From: Octopus sinensis
Lineage: Eukaryota
DNA length: 64,000 nt
Direction: 5' to 3'
Assembly (NCBI RefSeq): GCF_006345805.1
Contig: NC_042999.1
Span: forward strand, 150,846,001 to 150,910,000
The notes beneath the pieces are model-generated. The model searched no databases and was not told where the DNA came from. It saw nothing but the letters and a program-made list of their open reading frames with translations. The number at the start of each line of letters is the position of its first letter. Positions within the stretch are counted from its first letter, which is position 1. A program made the translations under genes and the position numbers. Below are positions 11,660-23,613 of the stretch, piece after piece.

Positions 11660-12255
11660 TTAATGAGCAACCGTATTTTGTTTCATTCCTCTGCAACCTG
11701 TCTTTCTTGTTCTCCTTCTTTCACTGGTTCCATCTGTTTTGAGCTCTTAGCACTTCATCATATAACTGATGTCCTCCCTATGCACCATGTACCTGTTCCA
11801 TTGCAGCTTTCTCTCTTACACACTGCATCTGATATCCAAATTCTCTGTCAGCTAATTTGTACTCTGTTGTTTTATGTACACACATTACATACCCAGCAGA
11901 GAGTACTTGAATAATTTCTTTCCAGGTCCACACTTTACTACCATGTCACATGGCACTTTGTACACAAGCATTATACAACCTGCTTCTCACTCAGAGAGGG
12001 GGTCCCTTTGTTACTGTGTCACCAGCTGAGGCCATGGCATACTGAATTTTCCGCAACCTACTCTTGCTCTGACACCCATCTGCATTGCGAATTAGGTCAC
12101 TTTAAATACCAAAAGCTACCAACAACTTCTAGGTATCCTTCTGGGCATTTGAAGGTATCTATTTCACCTGAACACTTTTTACTGATTGCTAGTGTCTCTC
12201 TCTTACACACAGTCTACCGTGTCTGTCTGCCTGTCTATGATCCTACCACATCTCT
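11660..12255 (-). mobile_element. Decayed RTE-clade LINE, 3' fragment
   Basis: Frameshifted minus-strand remnants CPEGYLEVVGSFWYL, ARVGCGKF and RSRLYNACVQSAM*HGSKVW, matching the RTE consensus LEVVxxFxYLG...GRLYxACVRxAMLHGSETW. Confidence 0.7.
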
Positions 12256-12289
12256 CGTATGGTCATAGTTTATATTTGAGTATCTTTTA

Positions 12290-12513
12290 CTTGTTTCAGT
12301 CATTGGACCAGGGCTATACTTGGCCATTGCCTCGAGGAATTTTTGTCAAATGAATCTATCCCAATACTTATTATTTTATGTATAGCCTGGTTCTTATTCT
12401 ATTAGTCTGTTACCAAACAGCTAAGTTACGAGGATGTAAATACCCCAACAGCTGTTGTCAAGCTGTTGTGGGGGACAAACAAAAGCTCAAAGACATTCAC
12501 ACTCACATGCACA

Positions 12514-12569
<56 letters not shown>

Positions 12570-12725
12570 GTATGTATGTGTGTATGTATACCTCAGACTT
12601 CTTTCAGTTTCCATCTATCAATTCAACTCCCAAGGCTACAGTAGAAGATACTTGCCCAAGGTAGGACTGAACCCAAAACCATGTGTTTGAAAAGCAAACT
12701 TCTTACCACTCATCCACACCTGTGC
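12290..12725 (-). mobile_element. SINE family A, head-to-head with a decayed plus-strand copy at about 12860-13290
   Basis: Reverse complement of the family A head, body and tail with a long internal (TA)n. Confidence 0.8.
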
Positions 12726-13637
12726 CTTCTTCTAAAATTCCTACTTAATCCTTCTGTGCATATGAAGCACTGCCATTCCCCAGATTGCAGCATGGTCATG
12801 TCTTCTATCTTATTTAATAAGGTAATTATCAGAAATTTAATTATTTCACTAAGTGCATGAATGGCTGTGTGGTTAAGAAGCTTACTTTGCAAAAACATGG
12901 TTTCAAGTTCAGTCCCACTGTTGCATCATGGGCAAGTGTCTTTTGCTATAGCCCAGGGTCAATCAATGCCTTGTGAGTGAATTTGGTAGATGGAAACTAT
13001 GTGGAAATTGGGACAAAATATATATTTTTCTTTATGAAATAAAACATTTATACAGTCAGCCGGTTTCGCTTGTGCTAATCATAACTAAGAAGCTCGTGAT
13101 AATGTTACAATTTTATGCAATCATAAGAAGTTTTTGTTCCATATTAGTAGGAGGAAGGATATGTGTGTAAGTCTTTTTGTGTGTCCCCTACCACTGCTTC
13201 ATAACTGGTGTTGATTCATTTACATCCCAGTAACTCATCGATTTTTGGCAAAAGAGACTAGTAGGATAAGTGCCAGACTTTAAAGAATAAATACAGAGGA
13301 CTGAAATAACTAAAAAATTGGAGACAAATATCTCATAATTCTTGATTATTTTGAAAATTTAAACAAAATGGCAAAATGTATGCTCACAAAAGGGTTAAAA
13401 TATTGGCTTACCAAAACAGGAAAAACAAACCAGGAGCAAAATTGTAAGATATTTAGTCTTGATGTAGTTATGTTTTGAGACCCATTTTAAGATGTCCCCA
13501 AAGTTCTTAAAACAACTTTATTTGAACATGTAACAAAGCTTATCAGTGGATGTAGCTATTGATACATTGCTGGTACTTAATGTTTCAAGATCCTGTTTCT
13601 TTACCCATTTAAACATATGTGTGGTCTGAATTTTACT

Positions 13638-13638
13638 A

Positions 13639-13676
<38 letters not shown>

Positions 13677-13900
13677 TCATGGCAATAATAATAACAATAA
13701 TAACAACAACAATAATAATGATGACTAATAAGAACAACAATAATAATAATGATGACGATGACAACAACAATAATAATAATGATGACAATAACAACAACAA
13801 TAATAATAATGACAACAACAACATCAACAACAATAATAATAATGATGATAACAACAACAATAATACTAATAATAAATAATAATAATGATAATAATAATGG
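13638..13900. repeat. (AAT)n/(AAC)n/(GAT)n compound microsatellite
   Basis: Direct reading. The poly-N/I/L ORFs here are artefacts. Confidence 0.95.
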
Positions 13901-13904
13901 TTTC

Positions 13905-14370
13905 AGATTTTTCCACAAGGGCAGCAATTTTAGGGGAGGGGATGAGTCGATTATATCGACCCCAGTGTTCAGCTGGTACTTAATTTTTCAACCCTAAAAG
14001 GATCAAAGGCAAAATCGACCTCAGCGGAATTTGAACTCAGGATGTAGCAACAGGCAAAATACTGCTTAGTATTTCATCCAGCAACCTAATGATTCTGCCA
14101 GCTCACCACCTTAATAATAATAATAATAATAATGATAATAATTCTTTTTATTATAAGCACAAGGCCTGAAATTTTGTAGGGAGGGGGATAGTCAATTACA
14201 CCGACCCCAGTGCGTAACTGGTACTTAATTTATCGACCCTGAAAGGATGAAAGGCAATGTCGACCTCAGCAGAATCTGAACTCAGAACGTGAAGACAGAC
14301 AAAATGCCGCTAAGCATTTTACCTGGCATGCTAACGATTTTGCCAGCTTGCCACCTTCATAATAGTAGTA

Positions 14371-14405
<35 letters not shown>

Positions 14406-14940
14406 TTCTTTCTGCTATAGGCACAAGGTCTGAAATATTGGGGGATGGTACTAGTAATTGATTACCCCCCCCCCCCAATACTTAACTGGTACTTACTACA
14501 TCAATACTGAAGGATGAAAGACAAAGCCAGCCTTGATAGAATAAAAATAATAATGATAATAATCCTTTCTATTATAGGCACAAGGCCTGAAATTTGGGGG
14601 TAGGGGTCCAGTCAATTAGATTGACCCCAGTATGCAACTGGTACTTAATTTATCAACCCTGAAATGATGAAAGGCAAAGTTGACCTTGGTGGAATTTGAA
14701 CTTGGTGGAATTTGAACTCAGAATGTAGCAACTGGTGAAATACTACTATGCATTTCATCCGGCATGCTAACGATTCTGCCAGCTCACCGCCTTTATAATA
14801 GTAATAATGATGATTAATAATAATGGTCCTTTCCACTATTGGTACCAAGTCTAAAATTTTGGGACTAGGGGCTTATCTTGACTGGTAGTTAATTTACCAG
14901 CCCTGAAAGTATAAAAGGTAAAGTCAACTGTGACAGAATT
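13905..14940 (-). mobile_element. Stack of five co-oriented SINE family C copies (C2 tail type, partly truncated) separated by (AAT)n
   Basis: Copies at about 13905-14112, 14150-14360, 14405-14550, 14570-14795 and 14830-14940. Each carries ACTGGTACTTAATTTATC...GGATGAAAGGCAAAG variants, and most carry CACAAGG(C/T)CTGAAA variants. Confidence 0.85.
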
Positions 14941-14981
14941 TGATCACCATCATCATCACCATCATTGTCATCATCATGAAC

Positions 14982-16975
14982 ATTATTATTAAGCACAGCT
15001 TCTAATACTGGAGATGTACTACAGTGACAACTGTTCACTGGTAGTGAACTAAGGTAACACCTCTTATTTTTCAAGCACCTTCCGGAGTATCTGAGCAGTT
15101 CCAAGCAGTGCTGTTTTCTGAAAGTGCTCCACCCTTATTGCAGCCCCTATTTGTTTCATTTTTACTCACTGTTCCCAGGGCTTCAACAATTATTGGTACT
15201 ACTGCTACCTTTTTCATTGACCACACCTCCTGAACTTTCCAATCTAACCTGTCATATGTCTTGACTTTTCTTTCTTCCTTATCGCATACTTTGTTGTCAA
15301 CTGGGCATGCTATATCCATGATCCAGCATAGTTTGTTTTCTTTCTCAATTAATACTATGTCCGGCTTCCTATTCTCAATCTCATAGTCGCACTGAATTAT
15401 AAAATCTCTTAGGATCTTTGCATTTCTATTTTCGACAATACCTTCAGGTTTGTGGTCATACCAATGTTTTGCTCTCTGTCAAGTCCATACTTGTTGCAAA
15501 GTGTCCAATGGACAAGCCTGGCTATATTGTCATGGCATCTCTTATATTCCTTCTGGGTTAGTGGTATACATTGGCTGGTAATATGCCATATGGTTTCACT
15601 GTTTTGTCCACAGACTTTGCACTTGTCACTTTCTGCTGTGTTCTCTATTCTGTATTTCATGTAGTTTGTTCTTAGTGCTTGCTCTTAGGCAGCACAGATT
15701 AGAGCCTCCATTTCTGGTTTTAAATTACTTTTAGTCATCCACAGCCATCTTTTTCTCTGTCTGTCTTATCTTCAACATCCCTATGAAATTGACCATGCTT
15801 TCTTTTCTTTACCCACCTATTTTCAGTTTCATTCATTTTCAATTTCTTCTATAGTACTTTATCTTTGCAATCTTTCATCCTACACAAGCATGACCTTCTT
15901 ACTTCTAATAACAGTTGTTCTGTGGCATTTTTTACATACCATGCTATGTTTTCTGCTCTAATGCTGTGTTCGCATACAATAAGTCCTCTTCCCCCTCTTT
16001 TTCTTGGTACATACAGTCTGTCTGTGTCACTTTTTGGGTGAAGTGACCCATATCTAGTCAGTAACTTCCTTGTCTTTCTATCTAAGCTGTTTAATTCATC
16101 TATTGTCCATGCGAGTACCTCTGCTCCATATCTAAGGAATGAAACCACCCAGGTGTTGATAGCTTCGATCTTATTCCGTCCGTTTAATTTCAACTTAAGG
16201 ATCAGTCTCAGTCTACGCAAGTATTCCACCTTAAATTTTTCTGTCATTTCTTTCTCCATCAATTTATCCATTTCCCAAATCCCCAAGTACTTATAGCCTG
16301 TCTCTTCTATCTGCTTCATAACATCCCCCTGACTGTATCGCTAGCCTGTCCATACATTTGATTTTGCCTCTCTTCAAGACTAACACACCACACTTTCTCA
16401 GTCCAAACTCTATTCTGGAATCAGCACTGAAGGTATACACCATATCAATGAGGGAACTGACTTGGGCTTCATCTTTACCATAAAGTTTGAGGTCGTCCAT
16501 TAACCCTTTCGATACCAACCCGGCTGAAACCGGCTTTGGTTCTGAGTACAAATGTCTTGTTTTCATAAATTTTGAATTAAAGTCTTCCACCAAACCTTAG
16601 TCACAATTTATGTTCCTAACACTAGCCGAATGATAACCAAGTTATTTTGCTAAATTCTTTGCGATATCTAAAATAATTGAGAGAAACACAGAGCATCTCA
16701 AAATAAATGCGGTAACGAAAGGGTTAATAACAAATGGTTGATTTTTGCTAGCGGCTTTTGAATACATACCCAGCTTTTGCATTTCCCAGAATCAGTGTTA
16801 GTGATATCAAGCACAGTACAAAGATCAGTGGGGACAGGCATTCCTAATTTCTACTGTCCCTAAATTTCTTCCGTATACTGTCAGGTCCATCCTCAAATTC
16901 ACCATACTTTTTCCAAGCAATCACTCAACATTCGATGCAATACCAAATAGGTTCATTCACTCCATAATCCCAAAA
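14982..16975 (-). mobile_element. 5'-truncated, decayed R4/Dong-clade non-LTR retrotransposon (RT, CCHC knuckle, REL endonuclease) with (TAA)n tail
   Basis: Minus-strand remnants LSPLIFVLC, KINHLLLMDDLKLY, EFGLRKC, YKYLG, LNGRNKIEAINTW, RLYVPRKRGGRGL, CKVCGQNSETIWHITSQC, DFIIQCDYEIENRKPDIV...MDIACP, then TAATAATAA. Confidence 0.88.
16504..16723. mobile_element. piggyBac-type MITE inserted in the R4 LINE
   Basis: TTAA TSD at 16500-16503 and 16724-16727; 13-bp TIRs CCCTTTCGATACC / GGTAACGAAAGGG with one mismatch. Confidence 0.9.
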
Positions 16976-17177
16976 TTTGGGATCGTAATAATAATCAGAT
17001 ACGATATTATTGTTGTTGTTGTTGGTGTTACTACTACTACTTCATCAGAAGACAAAATAATAAAGGATTGTAAAAAAACAGATTTCGTTAAGAGCTGGTA
17101 AATGATCTTCTTAACTACTAACTCTTTTTATTTCTTTAACATATTGCCTGTCAATCAAGTTAGTACTAAATAATTAG

Positions 17178-17266
<89 letters not shown>

Positions 17267-17282
17267 TAACACACAAACACAT
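17178..17282. repeat. (CA)n microsatellite
   Basis: Direct reading. Confidence 0.95.
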
Positions 17283-18227
17283 ACTCCAAAAAAAGAAGTA
17301 ACTATTCTCATATTATATTGGTGTTTCTCCAATTTCCTTTTATCTTATCACTTGTCAGAGTCAGCTTTCATTGTACTTACTGCTTTTGTTGTTTTCACTC
17401 TTTTCCTCATATATATATATATATTTATATATATATATATACACAATCTTATTTTCATTTTATTTTTCCAAATGAGTGTAATTAGAAAGAAAGCCTCCAA
17501 ACGAGTAAGAAACATAACACTTGGAGATAAATTCTACTTCTGGTAACTTGGAGTGTTATTAAGAATCAATCATCACCATCATCATCATCTTCATTATCAT
17601 CATCGCCATCATTGCTTTAATGGCTGTTTTTCCATGCTTGCATGGATCAGACATAATTCAGTGAAACAGATTTTCTATAACTGGATGTCCTTCCTGTTGC
17701 CAACCCTCACCTGTTTTCCAACCAAGGAATTATATCTCCATAGCCGCGCATGTTCTCATAGAAAATACTTGAAACGACTGGCACTGGCCGTATAGCACTG
17801 ACACTCATTTTAGAACTACCATGCGATGCCAAGACAAGAACACACCAACACACACACACATATATCATCATCATCATCATCATTTAACGTCTCTTTTCGA
17901 TGCTGGCATGGGTTGAATGATTTGACAGGAGCTGGCTGGCTAGGCAGAAGACCGCGCCTAGCTTCAGTGTCTGTTTTGGCATGGTTTTTATGGTTGGATG
18001 CCCTTCCTAACACCATATACATACATATACATATACATATATATATATATAAGATGGAGGTGGAAATAGCACAGAAGTAAGTCTAAAACATTTCAATTTA
18101 AGAGGGAATTTAAAAATGATTTTAAAATTATATAAAGAAAACATTACATGTTTTGATGTTTCTCATCAAATAGCAGTAAAAATTTATTAAACAATTTATG
18201 TTGTCTGGGGGTCAAGAACATGTATAT

Positions 18228-18276
<49 letters not shown>

Positions 18277-18562
18277 AGTAGGTGGATGAATTATCCTATG
18301 TTTATCGTCAGCATGGAAAATTCGTTTAACCGAAACCTGGGTAGCAAATTCACGTCAGAAAACACGGTTGAGTAAAGGAATTTTGTTAACATCTTCGTTC
18401 GACTCCATTCTTTCATTTATTCATATATATATATATATATCTGTGTGTGTCTGTGGTAACGTTAGGGGTGTGCAGATAAAGCTCCTATTTCATTATGCCG
18501 GCTGAATGGTGAGTCAGTTTTTTTGGGTTGCATCATGGTTATACAGATATAATGTAGGATAA

Positions 18563-19510
18563 ATATAATGACAATAATTCTAGGATGAAATTTATAAATA
18601 TTTAATGCATCGTTATGTGAGTTTCAACAAATCACATGATTTTGACATCAGAGTCAGTATCCTTGTGATTAGTACAGTGTAGTCTGTATTATCCTTGGGC
18701 ATCCGGTTGATCATCATAGGTGTAGGAGTGGCTGTATGGTAAGTAGCTTGCTTACCAACCTCATGGTTCCAGGTTAAGTCCTACTGTGTGGCACCTTGGG
18801 CAAGTATCTTCTACTATAGCCTTGGGCTGACCAAAGCCTTGTGAGTGGATTTGGTAGCCGGAAAGGGAAAGAAGCCCGTCATATATATGTATGTGTGTGT
18901 ATATGTTTGTGTGTCTGTGTTTGTCCCCCCAACATCACTTGAAAACCAATGGTGGTGTGTTTACATACCTGTAACTTAGCGGTTCGGCAAAAGAGACCGA
19001 TAGAATAAGTACTAGGCTTACTAAGAATAAGTCCTGGGGTCGATTTGCTCGACTAAAGGCGGTGCTCCAGCATGGCCACAGTCAAATGACTGAAACAATT
19101 AAGAGTAAAAGAGTATTGGTTTGTTTCGTCAGGTGATACTACATTATTGGAAGAATCTTGTCGGATTTTTATCTCTTCTTGTCAGTATAAAGGCCAATCT
19201 AGCTATTTTAGCTACATAGCTAGATTGGCTATTTTAGCTACATAGCTAGATTGGCTTTGATACTGGCAAGTAGAGAAAAATATCCATCCATGATTCATCC
19301 AGTAATGTAGTATCACCTGATGAAACGAACCAATGATGATGATCAACCAGATGCCCATAGATGATACAGACTATACTGTACAAATCCCAAGGATGCTGAC
19401 TCTGATGTCAAAATCATGTGATTTGTGGAAACTCACATAATGATGTATTAGATATTTATAAATTCCATGATGATGACGATGATCCTAGAATTATTATTAT
19501 CATTGTTATA
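18563..19510. mobile_element. Long fold-back (palindromic) element interrupted by a SINE-A
   Basis: 18563-18717 plus 19114-19205 is the imperfect reverse complement of about 19240-19510 (e.g. TGTGAGTTTCAACAAATCACATGATTTTGACATCAGAGTCAG vs CTGACTCTGATGTCAAAATCATGTGATTTGTGGAAACTCACA). Confidence 0.8.
18718..19113 (+). mobile_element. SINE family A inserted in the left arm of the fold-back element
   Basis: Full head, body and tail. Removing it restores GATCATCAT|ATTGGTT, the mirror of the right arm. Confidence 0.88.
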
Positions 19511-19632
19511 TGTGTGTGTGTATGTATGTATGTATGTATGTGTGTGTGTATATGAGTATATATGTATAAATATATACTCATGTTTTGAGTTATATTTTTC
19601 TTGATGGCATCACCAAACCTGTATATATATAT

Positions 19633-19674
<42 letters not shown>

Positions 19675-19724
19675 ACACAGCTGTCTGTCCTGTCATATCT
19701 CTTAGGGTCATCTATGTAACCAGC

Positions 19725-19950
19725 TGGCAGAATCATTAGGGTGCCAGCCAAAATGCTTAGGAGTATTTTGTCTGCCGTTATGTTCTGAGTTGAAATTCTG
19801 CAGAGGTGGACTTTGCCTTTTATATATTCGGGGTCGATTAAATAAGTACCAGTTATGCACTGGGGGTTGATATAATTGACTTAATCCCTTTGTCTGTCCT
19901 TGTTTGTTCCCTCTATGTTTAACCCCCTGTGAGCAATAAAGAAATAAATA
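19725..19950 (+). mobile_element. SINE family C (C1 tail)
   Basis: CTGGCAGAATCATTAG...GAGTTGAAATTCTG...GGGGTCGATTAAATAAGTACCAG...TAAAGAAATA. Confidence 0.8.
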
Positions 19951-20409
19951 TTTATTCTTAAGTTATATTGAGATACTTTGTCCCCTTATCACTGATAATG
20001 CTGTTGTAAACAAACTTAACACATTTTTGCATTTTTTTTTATCCATCATTGATATGTAATTAGGTCACCCAGTGACTTATTTCAAATTCCTTTTATGTTA
20101 AAAATATTTCACCTGTCTGTATTTGTTCTTATTCTATCTAATGACAAGATTCATATTACATCCATGCATCACCTTTATAGCAAAGAAGCTGATGTGGGTT
20201 GGCAAGAGGAAGGGCATCTGACTGAATAAAATCTGCTTCAACAACAAATTGCATCTGACCCATGCGAGCATGGAAAATTAGATGTTAAAACAATGATGAG
20301 GATGATAATGAAGATGGTATGTATGTGTGTGTGTGTGTGTCTGTGTGTGTATGTATGTTTATGTATGTGTGTATGAGTGTTTGTGTGACTGTATGTATGT
20401 ATTCATTAT

Positions 20410-20790
20410 CTACGGTGGCACATTATCTGGTTTCGGTGGTGGAATTCGCAATTATAGGATCACAGTTTTGATTCCCAGACCAGACATTGCGAGTGTTTAT
20501 TGAGCGAAAACACCTAAAGCTCCATGAGGCTCCGGCAGGGGTTGGTGGCGAACCCTGCTGTACTCTTTCACCACAACTTCCTCTCACTCTTTCTTTCTGT
20601 GTCTGTTGTACCTGTATTTCAAAGGGCCAGCCTTGTGACACTCTGTATCATGCTGAATCTGCCCGAGAACTACATTAAAGATACACTTGTCTGTGGAGTG
20701 CTCAGCCACTTGAACATCAGTTTCATGAGCAGGCTGTTCCGTTGATTGGATCAGTTGGGACCCCCCCGTCATCATAACTGACAGAGTGCT
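20410..20790 (+). mobile_element. tRNA-type SINE with central module X and tail module Y
   Basis: Module X (GAGCGAAAACACCTAAAGCTCC...CTCTCACTCTTTC) is shared with the 34.5 kb copy; tail Y (GTACCTGTATTTCAAAGGGCCAGCCTTG...GAGTGCTCAGCCACTTG) is shared with the 50.2 kb copy. Confidence 0.7.
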
Positions 20791-21539
20791 GTAGTAGTAA
20801 TTCATTGTTTATATTTACCTCTTTTTATTCATAGTGTTAAAGTATTTTTTTATGCACTGTTATTACCACAATATTGTGTATTACTGATCTGTTTTCTGTA
20901 TGTGTGTGTGTTTGTGTGAGAGAGAGTGAGAGGGGGAAATAGAAAAAGGGTGAGATGGGAGATTGAGAAAGAGAGAGGGAGGTAGAGAAATATAGAAAGA
21001 AAAAGAGTGTATGGTAAAGATAATTGCTATGATATTCAAAAGTTCTCATTGTTTATCTAGAATAGTATGAGTATTTTTATTGCCATTGTAGTATTAAAAG
21101 ATTTTACTTAGTGTTACTAGAGATATTGAGGTTGACAGCATAAAGTTTTGAAGAGCAAGAAGCAAGATTCTAACAAGCCAAGACCACGATGTTGTTCCCT
21201 TCATTTTATGGAAGCTGATGCACTTTCATGAAGCTGTATTTATTTAGTTACTTTATATCCCAATTGGTGAATAGTAGTGGCATCGGGGACAGGTTCCCAA
21301 AGGGCCAATTACTGCTTCATTGCATTTCTGACAACAAGAATGACATGGGAGTTTGTGTAACTTGATGCAAAACTAACATTGCAAGGGTCTTAATTCGAAA
21401 TGACACCTGACTTTTTTTGTTTCTTTACTGAAGTTTACAAGCTTTGCTGATAAATGTTGGTGAAAGACAGACACAAAAACATATACATATGTGTGTGTGT
21501 GTGTTTATGTATGTATGTATACACACACACATACAATTT

Positions 21540-21926
21540 TAGTAGAACCTTGCAGTACGAGTGCCTCATTGTACGAGTAATTTGCTGTATGAGCTGAGAT
21601 GCGTTCATATTTTTGTCTTGAAGTACAAGCAGAAATCCATAGTACGAGCACACAAATCGTCTAATTTTTAAAGTAATTCAGTTAATAAAACCAGTTTACA
21701 TATTTCTTTTGCATTCTCTTTTTTATAATTGTCATTTCACTTGTAACTACACCTTTTCTGTTTTGAAACATAAAATATTATTTTTGAATGGTTTTGGCAG
21801 GGCTGAAAACGATTAATTATATTTTAGTTAATTTCAATGGGGAAAATTGATTTGTAAAACGAGTAAATTGTAAGACAAGCTCAGTCATGGAACAAATTAA
21901 ACTTGTACTATGAGGTATCACTGTAT
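21540..21926. mobile_element. pogo/Tigger-like MITE (decayed)
   Basis: Left AGTAGAACCTTGCAGTACGAG vs reverse complement of the right end TACAGTGATACCTCATAGTACAAG. Confidence 0.5.
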
Positions 21927-21989
21927 ACATTTACATATATGTATATGTACACACACACATATATGTATATGTATGTATATATGTATTAA

Positions 21990-22680
21990 CACAGAGAAAC
22001 AATGATAGGCAAAAGGAATGTATTTATATGAAAAGCTGCATGTAAATGTTCCACGATGTGATCGAGTCTTAGCTTTACAGCTGTTTCAGATAATCAATGA
22101 TTGTTTGATATAACCATGATATTATGCAAGGATTTCCAATACTGAGTCAATAATGTAAAACAGTTGCAGCATGGAAGTTGTTAGTAAGCCATTCAAGAAT
22201 ACACAAAAGCTGTTAGTTTCACATCAACGTTTAAATTTTATGACACAAATGAAATTTAAATGTTGAAGTGAAACTAATGGTATTTATGTGTTCTTGAATG
22301 GCTTACAAACATCTTCCACATTGCAATTGTTTTTGATTCAACACACGATCTCAGATCAAGTCACTTGCTATACAAGTACATTTCCATAAGTCAATAATGT
22401 AGTTATACATAATCAGTAAAGAATATTCTAATGAGGATATTGTGCCATTGCTCCATATGTCTATCAAGAATCTATACTAGTTGATATTTCTCCTTTGCTT
22501 TCATATAAACCTTCATTATCAACTGTATATATTGACTTCCTTGCCTATTATGCATGGCTATTCCAACTTGTCATTGATTAACTGAAACAGCTGTAAAGCT
22601 GAGATTTGATTACATCATCTAATTCATATGTGCAATCTTTCATATGAATACATTCCTTCTGTTTGTTATCGTTGTTCTCC
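21990..22680. mobile_element. Fold-back element with about 140-bp imperfect terminal arms and an inner palindrome (22157-22333)
   Basis: CTTAGCTTTACAGCTGTTTCAGATAATCAATG mirrors CATTGATTAACTGAAACAGCTGTAAAGCTGAG; inner GTAAGCCATTCAAGAA..TTAAATTT mirrors AAATTTAA..TTCTTGAATGGCTTAC. Confidence 0.7.
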
Positions 22681-22844
22681 TTCCATACCACTAGCTCAAT
22701 GATTATTGTTCTTATAGCTAACTTTCTCTTCCACACAACCTAATTCAAAGAGTTGTTTGGATTTCTCTGAGCCAAACTGTTTGAATATTAATATCATGCT
22801 TACCTAAGCATTTCATAACCCATTCATATTCTTTTATTAATTTA

Positions 22845-23200
22845 TCTGTTTCAGTCATTTGACTGTAGCCATGCTGGAGCACCGCCTTTAGTCGAACAAA
22901 TTGACTTATTCTTTTGTAAGCCTAGTACTTATTCTATCAGTCTCTTTTGCTAAACTGCTAAGTTTCAGGGACGTAAACACTCAACGTCAGTTGTCAAGCG
23001 ATGGTGGAGGAGACAGACAGACAGACACACACACACATACACGACAGGCTTCTTTCAGTTTCCATCTACCAAATCTATTCACAAGGCTTTCGTTGGCCTG
23101 AGGCTATAGTAGAAGACACATGCCCATGCTGCCACACAATGGGATTGAACCTGGAACCATGTGGTTTGTAAGCAAGCTACTTATTACACAGACACTCCTG
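22845..23200 (-). mobile_element. SINE family A, followed by a SINE-B 3' fragment (about 23240-23350, +)
   Basis: Reverse complement of the family A consensus seen elsewhere in the window. Confidence 0.8.
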
Positions 23201-23560
23201 TGCCTATATATATATATTCTTTTATTCTTTGACTTGTTTCTGCCAGATCAGATTGGAGCCTGGCGCAGCCGTCTGGTTCACCAGTCCTCAGTCAAATCGT
23301 CCAACCCATGCTAGCATAGAAAGCGGACGTTAAACGATGATGATGATGAATGTATTTTATTTTGGTCAAGTGAGTCTCTCATTACTCTCAGTTTCCTTGA
23401 GGTGCACAGAATCTTCAGGCAGTCATAACTTACCTGAAGACCTTGTGAACTTAGAGGTGAAACTCAGAGTAGCAAGAGACTCACTTGAATGAAATAAAAT
23501 ATATTCTTGATCTCTACTACGCCATTGAGTAATCCTTTTTTCTGACAGTAACACTAAACC

Positions 23561-23613
<53 letters not shown>

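Noticed and set aside
13601-13997. Poly-I/V/N/L ORFs, and similar H/T/C/V/Y-rich ORFs at 2.4, 6.1, 9.6, 10.3, 23.5, 27.5, 33.2 and 42.7 kb
   Set aside because: Translations of microsatellites.
19310-19335. Hammerhead-like CTGATGA in the fold-back arm (also CTGATGA at 251-257)
   Set aside because: No stem II plus GAAA in the right geometry; the mirror arm reads CTGACGAAAC without supporting helices.
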